From an uncultured Planctomycetia bacterium (lineage in GTDB: Bacteria; Omnitrophota; Gorgyraeia; 2-02-FULL-51-18): DNA of 64,000 bases. The position numbers and the translations under genes are program-made. Positions 27,939 to 38,218 of the stretch are shown piece by piece. How positions within the stretch are numbered: position 1 is the first letter of the stretch; every line of letters starts with the position of its first letter. Where the stretch lies: the NCBI GenBank assembly GCA_964642015.1, contig CAZXLF010000001.1:368168-432167 (forward strand). The letters run 5' to 3'. Under the pieces are notes generated by a model. That model was not told the origin of the DNA, searched no databases, and saw nothing but the letters and a program-made list of their open reading frames with translations.

Positions 27939-28748
27939 ATGAAACCGATCAAGGCAAAGACAAAAAAGAAGCCGAACAGCTCTAGATTTTCTGTAAAATT
28001 AGCGGTTGGCGCTCAGAAATTTCTTCTGGCGTCCGCGCCCTATATCATTTCTTTGGCTGTCATTGGGATCTTTTTCGGCGGTGTCATTGCCTATGCGTTA
28101 AATTCGCCGGCATTTCAATTGCAAGAGGTCAAGATCCTCAATATTGGGACCATGACGCCCGAGCAATCTTTTAGATTCTGCGGGTTGAATCCGGGTGAAA
28201 ATTTGATTACGCTTGATCTGGTGAGCGTTCAACAGATGATCAAAAGGAGCCACCAGGAATATAAAGAGGTTTTGGTCCGTAGAGTGCTTCCGAACCGCAT
28301 CGAGGTGGTGCTGAAACGCCGTACGCCGGTTGCCCAGGTGCAATACGCGCGCTTTGTGCAGGTAGATAAGGATCTTGTGATTCTGCCCGGCTCAAGTACG
28401 ACGCCGTTCAAAAACCTTACGAGCATTGAGGGAGCTGCTTTGCCGGGTGAGGGGCTTTATGTGGGTGCGTCAATATCAGATGCAAACGCAAAAAAAGCTA
28501 TTAAACTTGTCGAAATGATCAAACAATCCAACATCTTAAGGAATCATGCACTGACAAAGATCGACATAGGCGATCCCAAGAATATTTCACTCTTTGTAGA
28601 TTCGGATATTGAGATCCGCATTGGAAACAGTCATATCATCGAGCGGCTCAAAATACTGAATCAGACATTAAAGACTGTGACGCTGGACCGCTCGAAAGTC
28701 CGTTATATCGATCTGCGATTTGATGATGTCGTAATCGGCCCGCGATGA
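27939..28748 (+). CDS. ftsQ: cell division protein FtsQ (POTRA domain)
   Basis: TM anchor followed by POTRA (…VRRVLPNRIEVVLKRRTPVAQV…). Confidence 0.7.
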   Translation: MKPIKAKTKKKPNSSRFSVKLAVGAQKFLLASAPYIISLAVIGIFFGGVIAYALNSPAFQLQEVKILNIGTMTPEQSFRFCGLNPGENLITLDLVSVQQMIKRSHQEYKEVLVRRVLPNRIEVVLKRRTPVAQVQYARFVQVDKDLVILPGSSTTPFKNLTSIEGAALPGEGLYVGASISDANAKKAIKLVEMIKQSNILRNHALTKIDIGDPKNISLFVDSDIEIRIGNSHIIERLKILNQTLKTVTLDRSKVRYIDLRFDDVVIGPR

Positions 28749-29794
28749 ATCTGGTCAAAAAAATCTATTCCAAGAATATCGTATCAATCCTGGATTATGG
28801 CGCCGAGTCGGTGATCGTTTTAGTGGGTGAAAAAGAGGAAGGCGGCAATTTCACGATCATCGGGGCCGGGAACGCTGCCTCGCAAGGAATAAGAGAGGGA
28901 GAGATTGTCCATAGGAGCGACGCCGCCGAATCTATCGTTGAAGCCTTAAAAAAAGCCGAAAGATCTTCAGGGCTTAAAATAGAAAAGTTGTATTATAATT
29001 TCGATGACGGTCAGATGCAGTCTGTTTTCATGAAAGGCTCAAAAGTTTTAGATGGAGAAGGGGAGATCCGCTCTCTTGACATAGAGGCGGCCAGAAAGCT
29101 TGGTGAACGTCTTGCCGGCGATTTTGAAAGAAGCGCGATCTATTCAGCCGAGGTGCGGTATATTATCGATGACCGTGATGATGTCGTTGATCCCATCGGA
29201 GTTTATGGTAAAAAGCTGGATGTTCTAGTTCACATCCTTCAAGCGCGTTCGGGTTACTTAGATGAATGGAATTGTCTGATACAACGCGCCCAGCTTTTTG
29301 GATATACCCCGGTGTTCTCTTGCTGGTCCACGGCGTACGGTATTTTGGGCAAAGACGACCGGTTAAAGCGGAGATTGATCGTAGATATGGGTAGGGATTA
29401 TTTAAATGTTTTTATTTTTTGCAATGGTAAAATAACCGCTCACAGGATCAAAACAGTATTTGGAGAAAATCCTGCGTCGATCGCTCAACAAGCCGTTTTA
29501 CTAGCGAATGAGCTTATTCCATTAAATCCTGTCGTAGAAGAGACGCTGGTGACGGGAGACTGCGCCCAGGAACCGTCTGTTTTTAATGAATTTGAGGGTA
29601 AGATGCCTATGCCGCTCAAAGTCGCGGTTCCGACGAATATTCCAAAGCTCAGTCATCCAAAATACGCATCTGCCATTGGGCTCTTGTCTGTGGCAGAGGA
29701 AATTGAATCGAAAATGCCGATCTTACGTACCGAACGAGGTATTTTGTCAAACGCAAAACAGAAGGCATTATCGTTCATTAACGAGTATTTTTAG
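28745..29794 (+). CDS. ftsA: cell division protein FtsA (compact, 349 aa)
   Basis: Actin-fold motifs align to FtsA (ILDYGAESVIVLVGE; VDMGRDYLNVFIF; LVTGDCAQ; YASAIGLL). It has a C-terminal amphipathic tail. It is about 70 aa shorter than E. coli FtsA. Confidence 0.75.
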   Translation: MNLVKKIYSKNIVSILDYGAESVIVLVGEKEEGGNFTIIGAGNAASQGIREGEIVHRSDAAESIVEALKKAERSSGLKIEKLYYNFDDGQMQSVFMKGSKVLDGEGEIRSLDIEAARKLGERLAGDFERSAIYSAEVRYIIDDRDDVVDPIGVYGKKLDVLVHILQARSGYLDEWNCLIQRAQLFGYTPVFSCWSTAYGILGKDDRLKRRLIVDMGRDYLNVFIFCNGKITAHRIKTVFGENPASIAQQAVLLANELIPLNPVVEETLVTGDCAQEPSVFNEFEGKMPMPLKVAVPTNIPKLSHPKYASAIGLLSVAEEIESKMPILRTERGILSNAKQKALSFINEYF

Positions 29795-29815
29795 AATTTC
29801 AAGAAAGGATTCATC

Positions 29816-31027
29816 TTGCATCGCAGTTCTATCCCTGAAATACTTTCTGACTTGAGAAAAGGAAGGCTTATCATCGTCATTGATGATGAAGATCGCGAGA
29901 ATGAGGGTGATCTTGTCGTCGCAGCGGAGTTTGCCACGCCAAGTCATGTTAATTTTATGGCCAAACATGGACGCGGCATCATCTGTGTACCGATGGAATC
30001 CAAGCGTTTGCAGGAACTAGGTATTGACCTGATGGTGTCCACAAATGAAGACGAAATGAAGACTGCGTGGACTGTTTCCATTGATGTCAAACGCGGGATC
30101 ACAACAGGTGTTTCTGCTTATGACAGATCAAAAACAATCAAGGCTTTGATCAATCCAAAAACCGGGAAGAACGATCTGGCGAGACCGGGGCATATATTTC
30201 CTCTGCGAGCCAGAAGCGGGGGCGTACTTGTGAGAGCCGGTCACACGGAGGCTTGTGTGGACCTAATGAAGCTCGCAGGTCTTTATCCGTCAGGGGCCAT
30301 TTGCGAGATCATGAATGATGACGGCAGTATGGCCCGTACGCCTGAGCTGATATCTTTTGCGAAACAGCACAAGCTCAAAATTTGCACGATCCGCGACTTG
30401 ATTGAATATCGCCGGAAAAAAGAAAAACTTATCTTCAAAGCGGTCGAAACAAAGATCCTGAATGAATATGGCGAATTCAAACTTGTGGCCTACGAATCCA
30501 GCGTGGATAAAGATTATCACGTTGCTTTAGTCATGGGTGCCTTGGATCCGCATAAAGAGATTCTAGTGCGTGTGCATTCTGAATGTTTTACGGGCGATGT
30601 GCTCGGATCGAAGCGCTGTGATTGCGGCGAGCAGCTTCACAATGCGTTGAAAATGATCGCAAAAGAAAGAACGGGCGTTCTTCTTTATATGAGGCAGGAG
30701 GGGCGGGGCATCGGGCTTATCAATAAGTTGAAAGCGTATCAATTACAGGACAAAGGCCTGGATACGGTCGAGGCAAATCAGAAATTGGGTTTTCCGGCGG
30801 ATCTGCGTCATTATGGTGTCGGAGCACAGATCTTGGCCGATCTGGGTATCAAAAAAATAAGACTTTTAACGAATAATCCTAAAAAAATCGTAGGGTTGGA
30901 AGGTTACGGTCTTAAAGTGACGGAGCGTGTCCCCATTCAGATCAAGCCGACCACCCACAATAAAAAATATCTCCATGCAAAGAAGAAAAAATTGGGCCAC
31001 TTTTTGGATATCATCAACCGTGGATAA
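29816..31027 (+). CDS. ribBA: bifunctional 3,4-dihydroxy-2-butanone-4-phosphate synthase / GTP cyclohydrolase II
   Basis: DHBP synthase half (…[12 protein letters not shown]…) and GCH II half with the zinc motif [15 protein letters not shown]. Confidence 0.95.
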   Translation: MHRSSIPEILSDLRKGRLIIVIDDEDRENEGDLVVAAEFATPSHVNFMAKHGRGIICVPMESKRLQELGIDLMVSTNEDEMKTAWTVSIDVKRGITTGVSAYDRSKTIKALINPKTGKNDLARPGHIFPLRARSGGVLVRAGHTEACVDLMKLAGLYPSGAICEIMNDDGSMARTPELISFAKQHKLKICTIRDLIEYRRKKEKLIFKAVETKILNEYGEFKLVAYESSVDKDYHVALVMGALDPHKEILVRVHSECFTGDVLGSKRCDCGEQLHNALKMIAKERTGVLLYMRQEGRGIGLINKLKAYQLQDKGLDTVEANQKLGFPADLRHYGVGAQILADLGIKKIRLLTNNPKKIVGLEGYGLKVTERVPIQIKPTTHNKKYLHAKKKKLGHFLDIINRG

Positions 31028-31037
31028 AAAAAGAGCG

Positions 31038-31532
31038 ATGAAAAACGGTTCTGTTAAACATGTGAAAGGAAGTTTTCTTGCGAAGGGAAGGAAATTCGCG
31101 ATCATTGTTGCCAGATTCAATGAATATTTGACTCGCCAGCTTTTGGATGCGGCATTGGACACACTTTTAAGACACGGTACAGCAGAAAAGGATATTCAAG
31201 TTATCCACGTGCCGGGTGCGTTCGAGATTCCGTTGGTCGCAAAAAAAGTCACCAATAAGAAGAAAGTGCATGCGGTGATCGCGCTGGCGGTAATTATCCG
31301 TGGTCAGACCCGCCATTTTGAACAAGTTGCCACTCAAACCGCAAGAGGTTTGAGGGAAGTCTCTTTGCATAGCGAAATCCCGGTGATTTTGGGAGTCATT
31401 CCGGCTGAATCTGAGGCGGATGCGATCGCAAGAGTTGGCATTAAACAGGCGAATAAAGGGCGCGAATATGCTTTATCGGCGATCGAAATGGCCAATCTGA
31501 TGCGTCATCCTTCCTTGTTGAAAGGACGATGA
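31038..31532 (+). CDS. ribH: 6,7-dimethyl-8-ribityllumazine synthase
   Basis: FAIIVARFNE…VPGAFEIP… The internal ATG at 31038 lies just after the ribBA stop, whereas the longer frame starting at 30927 overlaps ribBA. Confidence 0.95.
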   Translation: MKNGSVKHVKGSFLAKGRKFAIIVARFNEYLTRQLLDAALDTLLRHGTAEKDIQVIHVPGAFEIPLVAKKVTNKKKVHAVIALAVIIRGQTRHFEQVATQTARGLREVSLHSEIPVILGVIPAESEADAIARVGIKQANKGREYALSAIEMANLMRHPSLLKGR

Positions 31533-31990
31533 TGAGAAAACGTACGCGTAGCAGGGAATTCGCGCTCCAGATCCTGTATCAGATCGATATCAACCACCTT
31601 GATGTTTCCGATGTGTTGGATGACTTTTGGAAAGATCGGTCGGATCTGGCATTGTCCGATAAGGAGAAAGAGGTGATCGAGCTTGATAAAAAAGATCCCG
31701 AGATACGGCAATATGCTGAAAAATTAGTGCGAGGTACCTTAGAGAAATTGGAAATGCTGGACAAAATCATCGAACGCTTTGCCGAGCATTGGGAGATCGG
31801 CCGTATGGCCTATGTGGATAGGAACATCATGAGATTATCGGCTTATGAATTGTTGTGTATTGATGATATCCCTGTCAAAGTCGCCATCAATGAGGCTGTT
31901 GAGCTTGCCAAGCGATATGGCGAGCCAGATTCCTCCAAGTTTGTCAACGGCATCCTGGACCGGATCGCCAAGACCGAGTGCCATAAATAG
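31529..31990 (+). CDS. nusB: transcription antitermination factor NusB
   Basis: RSREFALQILYQ…, and the size and pattern of NusB. Confidence 0.9.
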   Translation: MMRKRTRSREFALQILYQIDINHLDVSDVLDDFWKDRSDLALSDKEKEVIELDKKDPEIRQYAEKLVRGTLEKLEMLDKIIERFAEHWEIGRMAYVDRNIMRLSAYELLCIDDIPVKVAINEAVELAKRYGEPDSSKFVNGILDRIAKTECHK

Positions 31991-32012
31991 ATTTTCCTCA
32001 TTCTGAGATTCT

Positions 32013-33107
32013 ATGAATAAAAATTTAGATTTATATTTTATGAAACAGGCTTTTGAGTTAGCCAAAAAAGGTGTGGGCAGTGTGCATCCAAATCCCTTGG
32101 TTGGCGCTGTTGTTGTAAAAGAAAAGAAGATTATTGGTCGGGGATTTCATGCGAAATATGGCGGGCCACATGCAGAAGTCAACGCTATTTTATCTTCCAA
32201 AAGCAAGGTTAACGGAGCTACGCTTTATGTGACGCTTGAACCATGCTCGCATTTCGGAAAGACGCCGCCTTGCGACGAATTTATTATTCAAAATAATATC
32301 AAAGAGGTCGTCATAGGCGCAAATGATCCCAATCCGCTTGTTTCAGGAAAAGGCGTCAGTCGTTTAAGAAAAGCCGGAGTACGGATAAGATACGGGATTT
32401 TGAAGGAAGAATGTATCTCATTGAACAGGGACTACAACCACTGGATAAAACATAAGATGCCGTACGCGATCATCAAGGTCGCTCAGAGCATTGACGGTAA
32501 GATAGCAACCAAAAGCGGGGAGTCTCAGTGGATCAGCGGTGAAGCGTCACGGCGCTTTTCGCAGAAATTGAGGGCCGGATCCGATGCGATCCTCGTCGGC
32601 GCAAATACCGTACTGAAAGATGATCCGGCTCTCAGTGTTAGGCTCGGCAAAAGAGTTCGCCAACCGTTAAAAGTCATTCTAGATAGTTATCTGCGAATTT
32701 CACCTAACGCTAAAATCTTTTCCGCAAAATCCAAGGGATCGGTTCTGATTGCTGTGAGTAAAAAAGCAAGCAGATTGAGGATAAAAAAATTTCAAAACAA
32801 AGCAGAGGTTGTACTGCTAAAAGAAAAAAAAGGCAGGGTCGACTTGCGATCGTTGATGATGATTTTGGGAAAGAAGGGAATAGTTCGTGTTTTAATTGAA
32901 GGCGGTGGAGAGGTTGTTGCATCGGCGATAGAGGGGAGGCTGGTACAAGAAGTGTATTTTTTTCTTTCTCCAAAGATCATTGGCGGTAAAGAAGCTGTCA
33001 GCTCAGTTGCCGGACCCGGTATTAGGTTTTTAAGGGATGCTCCGAAGATCAAGGAGAGCAAAGTTATACGCATTGGTGATGATTATTTGATTCAGGGAAG
33101 GATATAG
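32013..33107 (+). CDS. ribD: bifunctional riboflavin biosynthesis deaminase/reductase RibD
   Basis: CMP/dCMP deaminase zinc motif (HAE…PCSH…C) followed by the reductase domain. Confidence 0.95.
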   Translation: MNKNLDLYFMKQAFELAKKGVGSVHPNPLVGAVVVKEKKIIGRGFHAKYGGPHAEVNAILSSKSKVNGATLYVTLEPCSHFGKTPPCDEFIIQNNIKEVVIGANDPNPLVSGKGVSRLRKAGVRIRYGILKEECISLNRDYNHWIKHKMPYAIIKVAQSIDGKIATKSGESQWISGEASRRFSQKLRAGSDAILVGANTVLKDDPALSVRLGKRVRQPLKVILDSYLRISPNAKIFSAKSKGSVLIAVSKKASRLRIKKFQNKAEVVLLKEKKGRVDLRSLMMILGKKGIVRVLIEGGGEVVASAIEGRLVQEVYFFLSPKIIGGKEAVSSVAGPGIRFLRDAPKIKESKVIRIGDDYLIQGRI

Positions 33108-33108
33108 C

Positions 33109-33708
33109 GTGTTTACGGGTCTTGTTGAAGCGAAAGGAATTGTGAATTCGTGCAAAGCGTTACCAGGACGAAGATCATTGCGTCTCGAAGTCAATGTTTC
33201 TGAGCTATCCAAAGGAATTAGGATCGGAGGCAGTCTTTGTGTGAACGGTGTCTGCTTGACTGTGATCAGAAAGTCCGGAAATAATATTTGTTTTGATCTG
33301 CTGAGCGAAACAAAAAAAAAGAGTAATTTACCCTATTTGAAGAAGGGCGACATAGTCAATCTGGAACTTCCTTTAAAAGCCGGCAGCCGTTTGGAAGGAC
33401 ACTTGGTGCAGGGGCATGTTGAGGGTGTAGGGATGATCAGGCAGATCAGGCCGAACGAAAGAGAAAAGAGCTTTCTTGTGTCTTTCCCGATCGCGCTCAG
33501 ATCATTCATTTTTGAAAAAGGCTCGATAGCGTTAAATGGGGTCAGTTTAACGATAGGGAAGGTTCGTCGGAATAATTTCTGGGTCCATTGTGTCTCACAC
33601 ACGCTTAAGTCCACCAATTTTAAAGACTTCCAAAAAGGAACGAAAGTCAATCTAGAAACGGATATCTTAGCAAAAATGGCGGCGCGGGGAAGGGCCAAAG
33701 TCCATTGA
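33109..33708 (+). CDS. ribE: riboflavin synthase (alpha subunit)
   Basis: MFTGLVE… with a duplicated lumazine-binding repeat (GxSxxVNGVCLTV / SIALNGVSLTI). Confidence 0.9.
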   Translation: MFTGLVEAKGIVNSCKALPGRRSLRLEVNVSELSKGIRIGGSLCVNGVCLTVIRKSGNNICFDLLSETKKKSNLPYLKKGDIVNLELPLKAGSRLEGHLVQGHVEGVGMIRQIRPNEREKSFLVSFPIALRSFIFEKGSIALNGVSLTIGKVRRNNFWVHCVSHTLKSTNFKDFQKGTKVNLETDILAKMAARGRAKVH

Positions 33709-33769
33709 CAACGGCAGTTCAAGCATTATAAGCTATAACAATTCGAATAGGTCCATAAAACGAATAAAA

Positions 33770-34762
33770 ATGAGAAAAATCCTATCTACAATTTTCATCG
33801 TTTCTTTTATTTTTGTTTCCGCTGGGGAATCTTACGCTTCTTGGATATGGAGTCCTGATATAGGAAAATGGATCAATCCCAAAAAGGCCGCCAAAGATAC
33901 GCCGGAAGAGCAGTTTAACTGGGCACTAGAATTCTACAATATTAATAATCTGGATAGGGCCATTGAAGAATTTGAGAAACTCCCAGCCAACTTCCCTAAT
34001 TCTCGTCTTTCCGCTGAAGGAGTTTATTATATTGGGCTCTGTTGGCAGCAAAAAGGGGATCTTGCCAAAGCAGCCGACGCATATCAAAGAATGATAGACC
34101 ATTATCCTTATAGCGACCGCATCAAAGATGCGGTCAAACGGGAATTTGATATTGCGAATGAATTTGCCAATGGCAGCAAAGTCAAAGTGTTGGGCGTGCC
34201 TGCGCTTCCGGGGCAGGATAAAGCGCTTGAGCTTTACAAGCACATTGTGAAAAATGCGCCGTTCGGCACTTATGGTGATCAGGCCCAATTTAAAATTGGC
34301 GATCTATATAAATCTCAAGGCGAATATGAAGATGCTCAGAAAGCCTATCAGATGGTCGTTGATGATTATCCCAATTCGGACCTTGTGACCAAAGCGCGTT
34401 ATGAAATAGCGGATTGCTCTATGGAGGCGTCCAAGAAAGCTCAGTATGACGAGAAAGCCGCTCAGCGTGCGATCGAGGAATATCAGGGTTTCAAGCAGAA
34501 TTTCCCTGAGAACAAGCAGGCAGTCGAAGCTGATGAGGCGATCAAGGCTCTGAGAGAGAAGAACGCGATGACAAATCTTGAGACAGCCGCATTTTATGAA
34601 AAACAAAAAAAGTATAAAAGCGCCGAGGTTTATTATGAGGAGATCGTCCGTCAATATCCTGAAACACCTGCGGCGGAACAGGCAAAAAAACGTATGGAAG
34701 AAATTGTTAAGAACGACAATGAATCTGCGAAACCTTCCAAGCCATGGTATCGAATATGGTAA
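33770..34762 (+). CDS. secreted TPR protein, BamD/YbgF-like
   Basis: Signal peptide without a lipobox Cys, then multiple TPRs with a BamD-like arrangement. It lies immediately upstream of the lptE-like and holA genes. Confidence 0.45.
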   Translation: MRKILSTIFIVSFIFVSAGESYASWIWSPDIGKWINPKKAAKDTPEEQFNWALEFYNINNLDRAIEEFEKLPANFPNSRLSAEGVYYIGLCWQQKGDLAKAADAYQRMIDHYPYSDRIKDAVKREFDIANEFANGSKVKVLGVPALPGQDKALELYKHIVKNAPFGTYGDQAQFKIGDLYKSQGEYEDAQKAYQMVVDDYPNSDLVTKARYEIADCSMEASKKAQYDEKAAQRAIEEYQGFKQNFPENKQAVEADEAIKALREKNAMTNLETAAFYEKQKKYKSAEVYYEEIVRQYPETPAAEQAKKRMEEIVKNDNESAKPSKPWYRIW

Positions 34763-35319
34763 AACATTTTAAACGTCCGGCAATATTTTTCACATCAGCT
34801 CTTCTGTTATTCATTTCGTTCTATATTTCCGGATGCGGGTATACAACAAAGACCGTTTTACCTGACAATATAAAAACGATCCATGTCGCGCCTATAAAAA
34901 ATGCGATCGATCTGTCAGGTGAGATCAGCGATAAGAGCCGTTTCAGGGTTTATCGTCCCGGCGTGGAGGTCGATGTCACTAATGCGATCATTAATCGTTT
35001 TATTTTCGACGGAAACTTGAAGGTTGTGGCCAAACCGAAAGCCGACGCGGTGCTCGAAGCGAAACTGGTGGATTATCGTCGCGATCCGCTGCGTTACAGC
35101 GACTCTGATGATATCCAAGAGTACCGGCTCAGCGTGACTATTGATGCCATTGTTTATCTTGCCAAGGATCATAAAGTACTTTGGCATGAGACTGTATTGA
35201 CTGGGGACACCAGTTTCTTTCTGTCAGGCCCGCGTGCGTTAAGCGAAGATGAAGCAGTCGCAAAAGCGGTGGATGATCTTGCTCGCCGTGTGGTAGACAA
35301 GACGATCGAAGCATGGTGA
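34744..35319 (+). CDS. lptE: LptE-like lipoprotein (LPS assembly)
   Basis: Lipobox (FYISGCGY). The length, profile and position immediately upstream of holA match the conserved leuS-lptE-holA neighbourhood. Confidence 0.55.
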   Translation: MVSNMVKHFKRPAIFFTSALLLFISFYISGCGYTTKTVLPDNIKTIHVAPIKNAIDLSGEISDKSRFRVYRPGVEVDVTNAIINRFIFDGNLKVVAKPKADAVLEAKLVDYRRDPLRYSDSDDIQEYRLSVTIDAIVYLAKDHKVLWHETVLTGDTSFFLSGPRALSEDEAVAKAVDDLARRVVDKTIEAW

Positions 35320-36293
35320 GTGTTGCGCCGGATTCCAAAGGTGGCGCTTATCTTCTGTACGGCCGGGAAGAATTCCTCAAAAGAGAATTTATTCAGCAGT
35401 TGCGTGCAAGTCTTTTCACAAATCCCCAAGATCTTGATATGGGATTCAGGCGTTTTGAAGCCCCCGATGATTCTGCGCATGCATTGATCGATTTTGCGGG
35501 GTCAGTCTCTTTTTTTAGCACAAGAAAATTGGCCGTATTTTGGGGAATTGATGAACTGGAAGAGCAAGACAAAGAACTTCTTCTGAATTACGCGAAACAG
35601 GTTCCCTCAAACACTTTCCTTGTATTTGTATCCGAAGAATCGAGCATTAAGAAGGATCATTTTTTAAAGGTCCTGTCAGAAAATGCCAAAGCGACGCCAT
35701 GCCATCTCCCTTTTGATAAAGATTTGCCTCAATGGATTGAAGCTCGTTTTAGAAGGTCCAAGAAAACGGTGAGCCGCGAGGCTATACCGCTGGTTCTTGA
35801 AAGGGCCGGAAAAGATGCCGCATTGCTGAGTTCGGCGATAGAGCAGTTGATCATTTATGTCAATGAACGTACGCATGTCACGTTTTCGGATGTTGAGAAA
35901 CTATTGGGCAGATCGGTGCAATCTGACGTTTTTGAACTGATCGATAGATTGTTTGATAAAAAACTCAAATCTTCTTTGGAAATTTTGGATGATCTGCTTC
36001 GTGAAGGGACCAAGATTTACGAGATTGTCGGTGCGCTAGCGGGGCAGTTTGAACGCATCGCAAGGATTCGCGCTTTAATGGATGAAGGTTTTTCTCAGGA
36101 AACGATCATCGAGGATCTGAGGCTTCACCCGTTTTTCGCTGCCAAGATTCTGAAACAGGCGGGGCAGGTCTCTCAAGAACGAATTCGCAAATTCAGATCA
36201 GATCTGCTCGAGTGCGACAGAGACGTAAAAACCGGCAGACTGTCCGATCGCATGGCCTTACAGAGATTCCTGCTTAAGACATACCTTGCATGA
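35313..36293 (+). CDS. holA: DNA polymerase III delta subunit
   Basis: YLLYGREEFL… N-terminus; 326 aa; a delta-subunit domain pattern. Confidence 0.8.
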   Translation: MVSVAPDSKGGAYLLYGREEFLKREFIQQLRASLFTNPQDLDMGFRRFEAPDDSAHALIDFAGSVSFFSTRKLAVFWGIDELEEQDKELLLNYAKQVPSNTFLVFVSEESSIKKDHFLKVLSENAKATPCHLPFDKDLPQWIEARFRRSKKTVSREAIPLVLERAGKDAALLSSAIEQLIIYVNERTHVTFSDVEKLLGRSVQSDVFELIDRLFDKKLKSSLEILDDLLREGTKIYEIVGALAGQFERIARIRALMDEGFSQETIIEDLRLHPFFAAKILKQAGQVSQERIRKFRSDLLECDRDVKTGRLSDRMALQRFLLKTYLA

Positions 36294-36309
36294 AGCGAGC
36301 CGGGGTCTT

Positions 36310-36594
36310 TTATTTGATCTTGGAGTTCTGAGGTTTAAGCGAGTTGATCTTGAGGCTGATCCGTGATTTCCGGCGTGAGGCCAGATTTTTGTGGATGATG
36401 CCTTTTTTAACCGCTTTATCCAGCTTAGAAAACAGCAGTCTCGATTCTTTGACGGCCTCATCGGCCTTTTTTTCCAGGATCAAGCTGTTGACCCTGCGGT
36501 TGACTGTTTTCAGTTCTGAAATGATCCGCACATTGACGGCCCGGCGTCGTTTATCGATGCGGATTTTTTTTATGGATGATCTGCGATGTGCCAT
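36310..36594 (-). CDS. rpsT: 30S ribosomal protein S20
   Basis: MAHRRSSIKKIRIDKRRRAVN…, a basic 94-aa protein. Convergent with holA and divergent from murJ, as in many bacteria. Confidence 0.9.
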   Translation of the reverse strand: MAHRRSSIKKIRIDKRRRAVNVRIISELKTVNRRVNSLILEKKADEAVKESRLLFSKLDKAVKKGIIHKNLASRRKSRISLKINSLKPQNSKIK

Positions 36595-36658
36595 GGAATC
36601 CTTAGTTATAAGTTATGTTTGTGTTGAACCAAGCGCCACATTCTACAGAAAATAGTAT

Positions 36659-38218
36659 TTGATGTCAACACATCGCCGTTTGGCCAAATCAGCTGGAACC
36701 ATAGGAGCTTTGACCGGCGTAAGTCGGATACTTGGTTTTGTCCGGGATTTAGTGATCGCCTCAGCTTTCGGTACTAGCGTCAATGCCGAAGCATTCGTAG
36801 TCAGCTTCAAAATTCCTAACCTTTTAAGAGATTTGGTCGGTGAAGGTGCGACGAATGCGGCATTCGTGCCTGTTCTGACCGAATGTTATGAGAAAAAAAG
36901 AGCAGAGTTTTGGGGTCTGGTTTCCACGCTCTTTTATATCATGACAGCTATCCTCATAATGCTTTCTGTGTTGGGCATTGTTTTTAGTCCTCAGATCGTG
37001 GCGCTCATCGCTCCGGGCTTTGTCCATTCTCAGGATCCTGAGAAGTTTCCTTTAGCGGTAAAACTTACAAGGGTGATTTTTCCATATATTTTGCTGATCG
37101 GCTTGTCCGCATTTGCGATGGGAGTTCTCAATTCGCTCAAAGAATTCACAAGCTCCGCTTTTGGCCCCATCCTCTTAAACCTTTCCATGATCGTGTCGGG
37201 ATTTTATTTTGAAAATAAATACGGCCCCATGGCACTGGTGATCGGGGTTCTTGCAGGCGGTGCCTTACAATTAGGTTGCCAGATCCCGCCGCTTTTGAGA
37301 AGCGGTTTTCACATCACAACTCCTACGTTTAATCATTCATCGGCGAAAAGGATCGGCAAGCTATTGATCCCGCGCGCATTAGGCTCGGCATTGTACCAGA
37401 TCAATGTTTTTGTTGATTCAATACTCGCTTCTTTTGAAAATATCGTGGGTCCGGGCGGGCAGTCGGCGCTCTATTATTCGAATCGCCTGTTCCAATTGCC
37501 TCTGGCGATATTCGGTGTGGCACTGTCGCAGGCGATTCTGCCGACTTTTTCAACGCAGATCGTGCGCAAAGACATGCAAGGTTTCAAACAGACGTTTTCA
37601 TTAGCCATTCGCTCGTTGATGCTTGTGGTCCTACCGGCTTCGGTAGGGCTTGTGGTTTTATCCAGGCCAATCGTCAGGATCATATTCGAGCACGGGCGTT
37701 TCAATGCCTATTCGACGATGATCACTTCCAACGCGCTGTTTTTTTATGCTTTTGGATTGCTATCCTGTTGTTTTATTAAGATTCTTGTGAACGCTTTTTA
37801 CGCAATGCAGGATACAAAAACGCCTGTCAAAACCATGGCGTTTGCGGTGACATTGAATGTGATCCTAAGTGTTATTTTTATGATGCGGTTTAAAATAGGC
37901 GGTTTGGCACTTGCATCCAGTCTTTCAGCAACAGTCAATGCAAGTACACTCTATTATCATTTGAGAAAAAGAGTTGGATCGCTCGGTGGACTCCATATTG
38001 CCTCTAGTTTTTTTAAGATACTGACGGCTTCGCTTGTGATGGGAATAGCAGCGTTTTTTTATGACCGGCATGTGTTGAGCGGTTTGACGGCTTCTCATAC
38101 TCATGTGCAAGCGCTTTGTCTGGCACTAGGCATCGCATTGAGCATCTTGATATATCTTGCTGTCGTATGGATATTGAAGATCGAAGAGATGAGGAAACTT
38201 TTGAAATGGCGTCGCTAA
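36659..38218 (+). CDS. murJ: lipid II flippase MurJ (MviN)
   Basis: 14-TM MOP-superfamily pattern; the N-terminus …SRILGFVRDLVIASAFG… is diagnostic. Confidence 0.9.
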   Translation: MMSTHRRLAKSAGTIGALTGVSRILGFVRDLVIASAFGTSVNAEAFVVSFKIPNLLRDLVGEGATNAAFVPVLTECYEKKRAEFWGLVSTLFYIMTAILIMLSVLGIVFSPQIVALIAPGFVHSQDPEKFPLAVKLTRVIFPYILLIGLSAFAMGVLNSLKEFTSSAFGPILLNLSMIVSGFYFENKYGPMALVIGVLAGGALQLGCQIPPLLRSGFHITTPTFNHSSAKRIGKLLIPRALGSALYQINVFVDSILASFENIVGPGGQSALYYSNRLFQLPLAIFGVALSQAILPTFSTQIVRKDMQGFKQTFSLAIRSLMLVVLPASVGLVVLSRPIVRIIFEHGRFNAYSTMITSNALFFYAFGLLSCCFIKILVNAFYAMQDTKTPVKTMAFAVTLNVILSVIFMMRFKIGGLALASSLSATVNASTLYYHLRKRVGSLGGLHIASSFFKILTASLVMGIAAFFYDRHVLSGLTASHTHVQALCLALGIALSILIYLAVVWILKIEEMRKLLKWRR

